Shown here: in pieces, positions 1-9,316 of the stretch
Layout: every line of letters starts with the position of its first letter
How positions within the stretch are numbered: the stretch's first letter is position 1
Assembly: GCA_964195155.1 (NCBI GenBank)
Contig: CAXMOP010000021.1
Coordinates: 7,007-71,006 of the forward strand
DNA length: 64,000 nucleotides
Source of the DNA: an uncultured Kiloniellales bacterium
GTDB lineage: Bacteria > Actinomycetota > Acidimicrobiia > Spongiisociales > UBA5794
Reading direction: 5' to 3'
Notes under the pieces: generated by a model
What the model was told of the DNA's origin: nothing
The model's database searches: none
What the model saw: only the letters and a program-made list of their open reading frames with translations
Translations under genes and position numbers: made by a program

Positions 1-2
1 CG

Positions 3-170
3 CTCTACTACGCCGTCGGCGAGGAGTGGGTTCGCTACCGGGCGCGAGAGGCGCCGAACGACGGACCCGGGTACGGCGTCTTTGTCGTCGAGCCGCAACA
101 CCTCTCCGTGGAGACGATTGTGTTCCTCAGCAGCATCGCCGATGCGCCGGTGATGCCCCTCTGGCGGTAA
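3..170 (+). CDS. 3' end of an upstream gene (partial, C-terminal ~55 codons: ...GYGVFVVEPQHLSVETIVFLSSIADAPVMPLWR*)
   Basis: Open frame 3 from window edge to TAA at 168-170; strong GC3 bias; followed by GGGTTGC-TGA-GCAACCC hairpin. Confidence 0.35.
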   Translation, partial: LYYAVGEEWVRYRAREAPNDGPGYGVFVVEPQHLSVETIVFLSSIADAPVMPLWR

Positions 171-171
171 G

Positions 172-188
172 GGGTTGCTGAGCAACCC
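172..188 (+). terminator. possible stem-loop terminator (GGGTTGC/GCAACCC)
   Basis: Perfect 7-bp stem 3-nt loop right after stop; no clear T-tract. Confidence 0.2.
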
Positions 189-271
189 TCCGGCGAGCCT
201 CCTCGATTTGCCGGGCGACTGCGTTGTCGCTAGTTCTCGTTCGAGCAGCGATTCGGTGGGGCTGTTCGTGC

Positions 272-433
272 CTAATGCTCGAGCCTTGGGGTGACCATCC
301 AGGCAGCGGTCGCAGCGTACGCCAGGGCGATGGCACCGAGCACGAGCCCAGGGATCATCAGGGTCTCGTCGTAGTCGGTGGCCTCGCCGCCTTCAAGGGC
401 AATGCGGAACAGCGAGACGGTGATGAGGAGCAT
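272..433 (-). CDS. small hypothetical membrane protein (~53 aa, MLLITVSLFRIALEGG...AIALAYAATAAWMV...)
   Basis: ATG at 433, strong GC3 bias in region not covered by another gene, hydrophobic helix; no clear SD. Confidence 0.3.
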   Translation of the reverse strand: MLLITVSLFRIALEGGEATDYDETLMIPGLVLGAIALAYAATAAWMVTPRLEH

Positions 434-502
434 GCCTAGAGGATAGATCCACGCCGCACGCTGCCTGCTCGAAGCCCGGCCCCCGCACCTACCATCGCGG
501 CT

Positions 503-2338
503 ATGACCACCACCGGGAAAAGACGTGACGCGCCACCGATTACCGAGGCCCTCACGCTCGGCGGGGTGTTGTCTGGCGGTTTCCGCCTTATCGGCAGGTT
601 CGTTAGCTGGCACCCCTGGTCGTTCGCGCTCGCCGTGCTCGGTGCGGTGATCTTCGTCTCGGCGATCGTGGCGTCTGCCATCGTTATCGGCCGAATCACC
701 GACCTCGTCATCATCCCCGTCCTCGACGGGGGCGAGGAGATCGGCAACAAGGTGGCGTTGGCAGCCGGCGCCATCATGTTGGTCGCGGTCGTCAAGGCCG
801 CAGGGATCACACTGCGGCGCACGGCGGCCAGCGCGCTCCAATACCGGACGCGGGCGGATGCTCGCGAATGGCTGGTCGACCACCAGTTCCGCCTCGGCCT
901 GTCGTGGCACGATCAGCGATCGACCGGCGACCTGCTTTCCGTCAGCGAGGTCGATACTGAGCTCGGGACCTTTGTGCTGGCGCCGCTGCCCTACGCAACC
1001 GGTGCCTCGCTCCTGCTCGTCGGCACGATCGTGATCGTTTTCGTCACCAACTGGATCCTCGGAGTGATTGCACTCATCGGCCTCGTCATCCTGTTGGTGA
1101 TTGACATCTTCGGAGCATTCTCGCTGTTCACCCAGTTCGAAGCAGCACAGGCAGAGCGCGGGGTCGTAGGCGACATCGCCCACGAGAGCATCGACGGTGC
1201 GCTCACCGTCAAGGCCCTTGGTCGCGAGGTTGAGGAGACGGAGCGATTCCGGGCGGCAGCCGAAATCTTGAAGGATCGACTGACCATCATCGGTGTGCGA
1301 TTCGCCGACTTCCGGGCCGTGGTCGAAGCAATCCCCGTTGCGATCAATGTGCTCATCCTTGTCGTAGGGGCGGTTTTGGTGTCCGACGGGGTAATGACGA
1401 CCGGACAACTCGTCTCGGTCGCCTACCTCATCACGCTGATGGCATTTCCTCTTCAGCTCATCGGCTTCGTGATCTTCGAGATGGCGCAGAGCCAGGCCGC
1501 GTGGAGCCGCGTTCAGGAGGTCCTCGATGCCGACGACCTCGTCGACCATGGTTCGCTGAAGGCGATGGCCGAGAGATCGGGCGCGCCGGTCGATTCGGAT
1601 GAGATCGCCTTTTCCTACTTCGCCGATGAGCCGGTTCTCACCAATCTCCAGCTGGACATCCCGGCCGGCCGCACGGTGGCGGTCGTCGGCCCGACGGGTT
1701 CGGGGAAGTCGACCATGGCAATGCTGCTGGCGCGGCTATGGGATCCGTCGGACGGAGCCATTCGGATCGACGGCAGGGATCTGCGCGAGTTCGCCCGCTC
1801 CGAGCTGCCGCTGGAGGTTGCGTTCGTTTCCCAGGACACCTTCCTCTTCGACGACACGGTGTGGGGCAACATCACCCTCGGGGTCGACATCCCGGAGGAT
1901 GACGTTCGCGAGGCGGCACGCCTTGCCGGCGTCGAGCGCTTCGCCGGCAACCTGCCGGATGGCTACGACACGAATATCGGGGAGCGGGGCACCGCGCTCT
2001 CGGGAGGCGAGCGCCAGCGGGTTGCACTCGCTCGGGCCCTGGTCCGAAAGCCGAGGGTCTTGTTGCTCGACGATGCGACCTCTGCGGTCGATCCTTCTGT
2101 GGAGACGGAGATCCTGCGGGGGCTCCAGGGCGCCGACCTTCCTGCCACGATCGTGGTGGTTGCGTATCGCCGGTCGTCGATCATGCTGACCGATGAGGTG
2201 GTGTTCGTCGACGATGGCCGCATAGTCGCCCACGGGACCCACAAGGACCTGCTTGCCACGGTTCCCGGCTATGAACGGATTCTGCGCGCATACGAAGAAG
2301 ACGCGGCGCGGCGAGAAGACGACCGGTCGGCACCGTGA
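503..2338 (+). CDS. ABC transporter permease/ATP-binding protein (exporter type, half-transporter 1)
   Basis: N-terminal 6-TM region; Walker A GPTGSGKST, ABC signature LSGGERQRVALARAL, Walker B LLLDDATSAVD; overlaps next gene by 4 nt. Confidence 0.9.
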   Translation: MTTTGKRRDAPPITEALTLGGVLSGGFRLIGRFVSWHPWSFALAVLGAVIFVSAIVASAIVIGRITDLVIIPVLDGGEEIGNKVALAAGAIMLVAVVKAAGITLRRTAASALQYRTRADAREWLVDHQFRLGLSWHDQRSTGDLLSVSEVDTELGTFVLAPLPYATGASLLLVGTIVIVFVTNWILGVIALIGLVILLVIDIFGAFSLFTQFEAAQAERGVVGDIAHESIDGALTVKALGREVEETERFRAAAEILKDRLTIIGVRFADFRAVVEAIPVAINVLILVVGAVLVSDGVMTTGQLVSVAYLITLMAFPLQLIGFVIFEMAQSQAAWSRVQEVLDADDLVDHGSLKAMAERSGAPVDSDEIAFSYFADEPVLTNLQLDIPAGRTVAVVGPTGSGKSTMAMLLARLWDPSDGAIRIDGRDLREFARSELPLEVAFVSQDTFLFDDTVWGNITLGVDIPEDDVREAARLAGVERFAGNLPDGYDTNIGERGTALSGGERQRVALARALVRKPRVLLLDDATSAVDPSVETEILRGLQGADLPATIVVVAYRRSSIMLTDEVVFVDDGRIVAHGTHKDLLATVPGYERILRAYEEDAARREDDRSAP

Positions 2339-4155
2339 ACGACTCGACGACCTCGGTGCTCAGAGAGGCTTTCCGGGTCTCACCGAAACTGTCACGGGGT
2401 CTGGTCTTCACCCTCGTTCTGGCGGGCTTCGGCACGGTTCTCGAGCTGGTCGTCCCGATCACGGTGCAGCGGATCATCGACAGCGTGTTGCTCTCCGGGT
2501 CGCCCGCCCCGGGCGGCATCGACCGCGGCCAAGCGGTCCAGGCAGCCGCGGCGGCGTTGGTGGCAATCGTTGCCGCCGCGGTGGCGAGAAGGTTCTCTCT
2601 GGCGCGTCTCGCCCGATCGGCGGCTGCCGGGCTCGCCGATCTCAGGGTTACGACCTTCCGCCAGGTCCACCGGCTGTCGATGCTGCACGTCCAGTCGGAG
2701 CGGAGAGGCGCCCTCGTGGGCCGGGTCACATCGGACGTCGAAACGATCCAGGAGTTCATGGAGTGGGGTGGTGTCGGATTGTTGCTCGGGACGGCCCAGG
2801 TGACGCTGGCATTGATCGTGATGGTCGTGTACGAATGGCGATTGGCGTTGATTATCGCCATCGGCGTGACCATCTACGCGGGCCTGTTTCTCCTCTTCCA
2901 GAGGATCTTGCAGCGGGCCCACGACCGCGTGCGTGACCGGGTCGGTGATTCGCTTGCCGTCATCGGCGAGGCCACGGCGGGGTTATCGACGGTGCGGGCA
3001 TTCGGCATGGAAGACGCCGGCATGGCCAGGGTCAAGAACACCCTCGACCGGCAATACCGCGCCGAGTTCGGGGCCGGAGCGCTCGCCGCCGTCCTGTTCT
3101 CCTCGGCCGAGGTCTTCTCCGGCGTGATCACGGCATCGGCCGTTGCCTTTGGCATCACCTTCGGCGTCGACTGGGGGCTGAGTGCCGGCACCCTCGTGGC
3201 TTTCTTGTTTCTCGTCACGCTGTTGGTAGCGCCCGTCCAGATCCTGGTTGAGACCGTCAACCAGGCGCAGTCCGCCGGAGCCGGGCTGCGCAAGATCCTT
3301 GGTGTGTTGAACAGCGAGGTCGAGGTGCCGGATCCGCCCGACGGCGTCGATCTTCCCGACCAGGCCCTCGATGTTCGTTTCAGCCACGTGTGGTTCCGTT
3401 ACCCGACCGGCGAGCACGTCATGCGCGACGCCACGGTGTCGATCCAGGCAGGCGAGCGGATCGCGGTTGTTGGGGAAACCGGTTCGGGGAAAACGACATT
3501 CGCCAGGCTTGCCACCCGGCTACTCGACCCGGAGAGCGGAAGCGTCGTGGTCGGCGGCGTTCTCCTCGACCGGGTGAGATTTGCTTCGCTGCGAACCCGT
3601 GTCGCATATGTTCCGCAAGAAGGGTTCCTCTTCGACGGCACCGTCGCCGACAACATTCGATACGGAAAGCCGAGCGCAGACGACACGGGGATTCGCGCCG
3701 CCGTTGCAGATCTCGGTCTCCTCGAATGGGTCGAGTCGCTCCCAAACGGGATCGAATCCAGAGTCGGCGAACGAGGTTCGAATCTCTCCGCAGGTGAGCG
3801 GCAGTTGGTTGCCATCGTCAGGGCCTGGATTGCCAACCCGGATCTCCTGGTGCTCGACGAGGCCACGTCGGCCGTGGACCCGGCGTTGGAGGTGCAACTC
3901 AGGAGGGCGATCGAGCGCCTCACCGCAGGCCGCACGTCGATCGCGATTGCCCATCGGCTATCCACAGCCGAGGCGGCCGATACGATCCTGGTGTTCGACG
4001 ACGGGGAAATCGTCGAGCGCGGCCCCCACGCCGATCTCGTTGCCCGGGGAGGGGTCTACGCCAAGCTCCATCGGGACTGGGAAGGGGCGGCAGGCGGGTC
4101 TGGTTCCGGGCACGCAACGACGCTACGCAGCCGGGCTGCGCCGACCGAGGACTAG
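2335..4155 (+). CDS. ABC transporter permease/ATP-binding protein (half-transporter 2, heterodimer partner)
   Basis: TM domain + Walker A GETGSGKTT, signature LSAGERQLVAIVRA, Walker B LVLDEATSAVD. Confidence 0.9.
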   Translation: MNDSTTSVLREAFRVSPKLSRGLVFTLVLAGFGTVLELVVPITVQRIIDSVLLSGSPAPGGIDRGQAVQAAAAALVAIVAAAVARRFSLARLARSAAAGLADLRVTTFRQVHRLSMLHVQSERRGALVGRVTSDVETIQEFMEWGGVGLLLGTAQVTLALIVMVVYEWRLALIIAIGVTIYAGLFLLFQRILQRAHDRVRDRVGDSLAVIGEATAGLSTVRAFGMEDAGMARVKNTLDRQYRAEFGAGALAAVLFSSAEVFSGVITASAVAFGITFGVDWGLSAGTLVAFLFLVTLLVAPVQILVETVNQAQSAGAGLRKILGVLNSEVEVPDPPDGVDLPDQALDVRFSHVWFRYPTGEHVMRDATVSIQAGERIAVVGETGSGKTTFARLATRLLDPESGSVVVGGVLLDRVRFASLRTRVAYVPQEGFLFDGTVADNIRYGKPSADDTGIRAAVADLGLLEWVESLPNGIESRVGERGSNLSAGERQLVAIVRAWIANPDLLVLDEATSAVDPALEVQLRRAIERLTAGRTSIAIAHRLSTAEAADTILVFDDGEIVERGPHADLVARGGVYAKLHRDWEGAAGGSGSGHATTLRSRAAPTED

Positions 4156-4370
4156 TTCCGTCGCATCCGTTGTCAGGAGCCGAAAATCCTTTGATCCAAA
4201 GGGGAAGTGGCGTGTAGGTCGCACGAATCAAAACACTGAGAGTGTTCAAGATCCGGGTGATGATGGTCGATATTCAGCGTTGAACCGGTGGGACGGCCAG
4301 CGGGGTAAGTTATACCCATTATGCAGGGTGATTCACAGACAGACCTGCATCGGTCTTCCAAGGTTCACTT

Positions 4371-4402
4371 CAGGAGCCCCCGTAAGGGGGCTCCTGCTTT
4401 TG
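4371..4402 (+). terminator. rho-independent terminator (CAGGAGCCCCC-GTAA-GGGGGCTCCTG + CTTTTG)
   Basis: Perfect 11-bp GC stem, 4-nt loop, followed by T-run. Confidence 0.6.
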
Positions 4403-4476
4403 AGTCGCGAGTCGCGAGTCGCGAGGCCCGATCCGACCTTTTTTGCTCGTGTCTCGCGTCTCGCGACTCGCGACTC
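4402..4476. repeat. heptad-repeat hairpin element: (GAGTCGC)x3 ... loop with TTTTTT ... (GCGACTC)x3
   Basis: Inverted arms of tandem 7-mers between convergent genes; right arm ends at permease stop. Confidence 0.8.
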
Positions 4477-6673
4477 AGCTGATAAACCACTGCACCGCTC
4501 GGACCGCTGCGTTCGGTTTCTCCAGCAGCGGAGTGTGAACCAACAGGGCCGGGCAGTCGACCGCCTCGGCGATGCGGTCGGCGAGATCGGTCACCACGTG
4601 GAATCGATGGGTCGGCGCGCCAAGCAGGACCAGGTTGGAGCCGCGTGACAGCTCGGTGAGCGTCGACACCAGATCCTCGGTCGGCCGGATGAGATCGTCC
4701 CACCCAACGGTGAGCACGTCGCCGAGCCGCTCGTGGTATTCGTGGATGGCCTCGGTCTGGGCGTCGGGCGCATCCGGCGCGGTCACGTGCACAAACCGGA
4801 TCGTCGCATCTTCGTAGCGGGCGATGTGATCGGCCATCCCGATCTTGACGGGGTCATAGGGCCCGCCGGTGCCGAGCACTGAGATTGAGTCGATCGAATC
4901 TACCGCCCGATTGCGGAGGAAGACCGAGTCGCACACCAGATGCTCGCGCAGCCATTTCAGGTCTCTCGTCACGGTTCTGGTGGCGCGCAGCTCCTGGGGC
5001 AGGTCGGCGATGAACAGGTCGACGCCCTCGTTTTCCACGTACTGGTGGACCGCCCCGCGCCGATCCTCGTCGGTGTAGTGCGTTGCGGTGACCGCGATGC
5101 CGAGACGGTCGGCCTCTGCCTGGTCGGCGGCGGTAGGGACCAGCCTTGCCGTGGAGGTGTCGAAGTTGATCACGTGGATATGCCCGCCCGGTGCGATGCT
5201 GAGCCGCAGCGCCAGACGAAAAAGCGTGTGTTGCCGGGCGAGCCGTGTCGGTCGTCTGATCAGCAGGACAATGTGTTTGCGTCCCCCCGAGGCGACCTCG
5301 GCTGCGGTGAGATCGACGAGGCGATCATCCGCCCTCCCTCTGAGAGCCTCGCGGGCCGCCGATTCCTTGACGGCGCGAGCCTGCCCGAACCCGCGGTACC
5401 AGAGCACCCCGGCGACGATGAACAACAGGGCACCGACCGTGGGAACGATGCCCATCTGGGTCAGGAGAACGATCGGGGCGATGATCCCGAAGACCTGGAG
5501 CCACGGATACCAGGGGGAACGGAACTCGGGCCGATACCACTTGAGGTCGGCTTCACGAAAGGCGATCAGCGCCAGGTTCACAAAGGCGAACACCAGCAGC
5601 TGGAAGGCAGATGCCAGCTTGGCGAGCTCCAACAGCGGAAGTGTCAGGACGAGCAGGATGAGGACACTGCCGGTGACCAGGATGGCCGCGTATGGTGCGT
5701 TGCTTCGCTCTCCCACCTTGGCGAGGAATCCGGGCGCCAGCGAGTTGCGCGCCATGGCGAGGGGGTATCGGGCCGACGAGATGATGCCGGAGTTCGCCAT
5801 CGATATGAGGGCAAGCACCGCGACGGCTGCCACGACGTAGGTTCCGAAGCTCCCCATGAACTGTTCCGCCGCGGTCAACACCGGCGTCTCGGTGGCAGCA
5901 AGCTCCGATGCGGGAGTCACACCGACCATCACGGCAACGACCGACGGATACAGCACCATCGCAATCGCTACCGAGGTCAGCATGCTCAGCGGGAGGTTTC
6001 GTCCCGGCCGCTTGACCTCTTCTGCGACGCTTGCCACCTGGGTCACTCCGATGTAGGAGACGAAGACGAGCCCGGTCGCGGATAGCAGTCCCTTCAGCCC
6101 GTGGGGCAGGAAGGGGTCGTAGCGGAAGCCCTCGGTGTTGGGCACGCCGAGGAACACGAACCCGGCCAGCAGCAGGAGGACGACGGTGACGAGCACGGCC
6201 TGGAACCCTGCTGTTTCCTTGACACCGATGAGGTTGATGGCGATGAGGACGACGGCGATCGCGGCGGCGACGAGCCGCTCATCATGCTCGAAGAAGAATT
6301 CCAGATATGCAGAGAGGCCAACGAGAGCGAATGCAGCTTTGAAGACCAGCGACGACCAGACACCGAACCCGGCAATCGTGCCCATGAGCGGACCCATGGC
6401 CCGGTCGATGTAGACGTAGGTGCCGCCGGATTGGGGCATAGCCGTGGCCATCTCGGACTGTGAAAGGGCAGCGGGAATCACCACGAACCCGGCGAGAAAG
6501 AACGCCAGGATGACCGCCGGTCCTGCGATCGTGAACGCGAGACCAGGGAGCACGAAGATGCCGGAGCCAATCATGGCGCCGACCGAGATGGCCAGCACGC
6601 CATAGAGGCCGAGGCGGCGCTGCAGGACCGCGCTGGTGAATGCGGCTGGTTGCGGCTCGTTCCCGTTGTTCAA
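4475..6673 (-). CDS. APC-family amino acid permease fused to C-terminal tandem universal stress protein (UspA) domains
   Basis: N-terminal 12-TM region typical of APC permeases (GSGIFVLPG), C-terminal ~280 aa with Usp-like blocks. Confidence 0.85.
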   Translation of the reverse strand: MNNGNEPQPAAFTSAVLQRRLGLYGVLAISVGAMIGSGIFVLPGLAFTIAGPAVILAFFLAGFVVIPAALSQSEMATAMPQSGGTYVYIDRAMGPLMGTIAGFGVWSSLVFKAAFALVGLSAYLEFFFEHDERLVAAAIAVVLIAINLIGVKETAGFQAVLVTVVLLLLAGFVFLGVPNTEGFRYDPFLPHGLKGLLSATGLVFVSYIGVTQVASVAEEVKRPGRNLPLSMLTSVAIAMVLYPSVVAVMVGVTPASELAATETPVLTAAEQFMGSFGTYVVAAVAVLALISMANSGIISSARYPLAMARNSLAPGFLAKVGERSNAPYAAILVTGSVLILLVLTLPLLELAKLASAFQLLVFAFVNLALIAFREADLKWYRPEFRSPWYPWLQVFGIIAPIVLLTQMGIVPTVGALLFIVAGVLWYRGFGQARAVKESAAREALRGRADDRLVDLTAAEVASGGRKHIVLLIRRPTRLARQHTLFRLALRLSIAPGGHIHVINFDTSTARLVPTAADQAEADRLGIAVTATHYTDEDRRGAVHQYVENEGVDLFIADLPQELRATRTVTRDLKWLREHLVCDSVFLRNRAVDSIDSISVLGTGGPYDPVKIGMADHIARYEDATIRFVHVTAPDAPDAQTEAIHEYHERLGDVLTVGWDDLIRPTEDLVSTLTELSRGSNLVLLGAPTHRFHVVTDLADRIAEAVDCPALLVHTPLLEKPNAAVRAVQWFIS

Positions 6674-6716
6674 GGTCGCTACAACCTACCGAATCGGTCG
6701 CGAATAGCCGGGATCG

Positions 6717-8054
6717 TTACCGGCTGAGGGTCCGCGGTTGGTTGCGCGCCTCCCGACCGGCTTCGACGTCGACAAAGGACAGGACGACGGCGCCGATAAC
6801 GAAGAAGATCGCCAGGAACAGGATGGCGAGCCGCGAAGAGCCGGTGGCAATGCCCACCGCGGCAAAGATCAGGGGCCCGAAGATCGCCGAGAATTTGGAG
6901 AACACCGAGTAGAACCCGAAGAACTCGGCCGAGGCGTCCTCGGGGATCATCGACGCATAGAGGGAGCGAGAGAGTGCTTGGACACCGCCGAGGACTAACC
7001 CCGCTAGGGCGCCGACGCCCAGGAATCCGAGCGGCTGCTCTGCTGGGAGCAGATATGCCGCGACGGCGACGCCGACCCAGCCGGCAATCGAGACCATGAT
7101 TGCTCGCTTGGTCCCCGTTACGCCTGCCAGCCATCCGAAGACGAGCGCCCCGACGAATGCGACCAGCTGGATGACGACGAAGGCTGCGGCAATGGCCGTC
7201 GCGTCGAGCAGCAGCGTCTCGGTTGCGTAGACCGGGGTGATCCGGATCGCGGTCGACACGCCGTCGTTGTAGAACAGGAAGGCGAGCAAGAACAGCGCGA
7301 GCTGCTTGAACGCCAGCACGCTTCGGGTGGTCTGCACGGTACGGCTGAAGCCGATCCTGACATACGCAGGGATGGGCCGGTCCGGCGTCTCCGGCAGCTC
7401 GGCGCGGTCGCCGGCGCGTGGCAGCCGGGTGAAGGCGAAGGCGCCGAAACCGGCCCACCACAATCCGGCGGAGGCGATGACGACGCGCTCCGCGGTCTCG
7501 CCCACCCAGGCGTTCTGGTCGGCGTAGAGGAGCAGCGCTACCGCCAAGATCAAGTGGAGGCCGCCTCCGGCGTAGCCGAGTGCGAAGCCTCTTGCCGATA
7601 CCCGGTCCACGGTATCTGGTGTCGTGATCTCGGGCAGAAACCCGTCGTACATCACGTTGGCTGCGGCGAATCCGATCTGGGCGACGAGCGCCAGCACCAC
7701 GGCGAACACGAGATCGCCGGCACCGGGCAGTGCGGTGAGGACGGCGAATGCAGCGCCCGTATAGGCAAAGAACCGCAGCAAGGTCAGCTTGCGGTCGGTG
7801 TAATCGGCAATCGCCCCGAGCACCGGCATGGCGATGAACAGCAGCAGCGCCCCGAGGCCGATGACGATGCCGAAGAAGGCCTCGGCGCCGATCGTGGTCC
7901 CGCCGATCGTCAAACCATCGGTCGGGTAGATGACATCGGAGAAGAGGATGGCGAAAACGAGGCTCCCGGCCGTGATGTAGGCCGAGTTGGCCCAGTCGTA
8001 CATCGCCCATCCGAAGATGGTGCGTTTGTCGTTGCGTATGTCGTTGGAAGCCAT
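6717..8054 (-). CDS. MFS transporter (UMF1/Atg22-like family)
   Basis: N-term MYDWANSAY motif, 12 predicted TM helices. Confidence 0.8.
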   Translation of the reverse strand: MASNDIRNDKRTIFGWAMYDWANSAYITAGSLVFAILFSDVIYPTDGLTIGGTTIGAEAFFGIVIGLGALLLFIAMPVLGAIADYTDRKLTLLRFFAYTGAAFAVLTALPGAGDLVFAVVLALVAQIGFAAANVMYDGFLPEITTPDTVDRVSARGFALGYAGGGLHLILAVALLLYADQNAWVGETAERVVIASAGLWWAGFGAFAFTRLPRAGDRAELPETPDRPIPAYVRIGFSRTVQTTRSVLAFKQLALFLLAFLFYNDGVSTAIRITPVYATETLLLDATAIAAAFVVIQLVAFVGALVFGWLAGVTGTKRAIMVSIAGWVGVAVAAYLLPAEQPLGFLGVGALAGLVLGGVQALSRSLYASMIPEDASAEFFGFYSVFSKFSAIFGPLIFAAVGIATGSSRLAILFLAIFFVIGAVVLSFVDVEAGREARNQPRTLSR

Positions 8055-8077
8055 CGATCACGTGTCCCGAGGCGACG

Positions 8078-9262
8078 CTAGCCCGTCGTCGCGGCGGTGG
8101 GTGCGTCGCGGTAGCCCCGCCAAACCCCGACCAGTGCAACAGCGGCCGCCGATGCCACGATCGACATGATCCACATCGCCGCGTAGCTTCCGGTGGCGTC
8201 CACCGTCGCTCCGTACAGCGGGGGGCCAACGCCGAGCCCGGTCAAGAACCCGAGGAGTACCACGCCCGAGGCCCGACCCGTCGCTGCTCCCGCTTCGTTG
8301 ATGACCGTCAGCATCCCGACCGAGTTCCACGCCGAGGTGCTGGCCCCGATGAGCACTGCGCCCACCCACAGCAGCCAGATCCACCGGGTGGAGGCCAGCA
8401 GCAGTATCGAGGCGATGACACCGAGCATCGCCATGACGCCGAGCGACCACAAGTAGCGGTGCCGTCGCTCTGCATACCGGGCCCAGAGGATCCGTGCGGC
8501 AAAGGCGACGCTGCCCACCACCGTGATTGCCAGCCCTCCGATGCGCGGATCGAGGCCGAGCGACTCCTCGGCGAAGAGCGGGATGAAGAACGTGACGGCG
8601 CCGGCAAAGCCCATCACCAGCCCGTAGGCGCCAAGCCACCAGATCGACGGGGGCAGGCGGTGTGCTCCGGCACCGGTCGACTGCGCCGATCGATCGGATG
8701 CCGGGATGACGATGAAGGCGATGACCGCACCAGCCAGGGGCAAGACGGCGAGAGCGAGCATTGCCGCCCTCCAACCAAATGCGATCGCCAAGGTCGGCAG
8801 AACCAGCCCGGCCGCGGTGATCGCGGCTTGCACCCCGGACTGTTTGATCCCGGTGGTGACGCCACGCTCCCCGGGGGGGAGGTCCTCACCGATCAACTTG
8901 TTCGTCGCCGGGTTCGCCCCCGCCTGGCCGACGGCGGCTAGAGCGGCAGCAATGAAGAGCCACGTCAGGGCAGGGGCGATGCCGAACACGACGAAGGCCA
9001 CCACAGAGAGGCTGAAGACAAAGATGAGAGCGGCCTTGCCTCCGATGCGGTCGGTGACCAATCCAATCGCGGGGGACAGCACGGCGGCGAGTACCACGTT
9101 CGTGGCGATGATCCAGCCCAGCGTGGTCCGGGAGATCGAGAGGTCGTCGATGATGAAGGTGGCCAAGATCCCCATCGAGGGTGCGGCGAGCGTGGCGGCA
9201 CCCATCGCGCTGAACAGGAGCGCGACGAACACCACGCGCCGGCTGCTCGTCATCGTCGCCAT
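8078..9262 (-). CDS. MFS transporter
   Basis: 12-TM profile, MFS motif-like GLVTDRIGGK. Confidence 0.8.
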   Translation of the reverse strand: MATMTSSRRVVFVALLFSAMGAATLAAPSMGILATFIIDDLSISRTTLGWIIATNVVLAAVLSPAIGLVTDRIGGKAALIFVFSLSVVAFVVFGIAPALTWLFIAAALAAVGQAGANPATNKLIGEDLPPGERGVTTGIKQSGVQAAITAAGLVLPTLAIAFGWRAAMLALAVLPLAGAVIAFIVIPASDRSAQSTGAGAHRLPPSIWWLGAYGLVMGFAGAVTFFIPLFAEESLGLDPRIGGLAITVVGSVAFAARILWARYAERRHRYLWSLGVMAMLGVIASILLLASTRWIWLLWVGAVLIGASTSAWNSVGMLTVINEAGAATGRASGVVLLGFLTGLGVGPPLYGATVDATGSYAAMWIMSIVASAAAVALVGVWRGYRDAPTAATTG

Positions 9263-9316
9263 GCCGGCAACCTAGCCTCGGGGCTGTTCGGCTCATCAAC
9301 TACCCGGGCTTCACCC

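Noticed and set aside
272-1549. 425-aa ORF on the minus strand
   Set aside because: Antisense to the ABC transporter and D/E/R-rich low complexity. Only its last ~50 codons (272-433), which lie outside the ABC gene, are kept as a weak small-ORF call.
4402-4476. CRISPR array hypothesis for the heptad repeats
   Set aside because: The units are 7-8 nt with no spacers, and the arms are inverted rather than direct. No cas genes are present.
6679-8229. 516-aa minus-strand ORF
   Set aside because: Arg-rich, out of frame and overlapping the MFS gene in a high-GC region; an antisense artefact.
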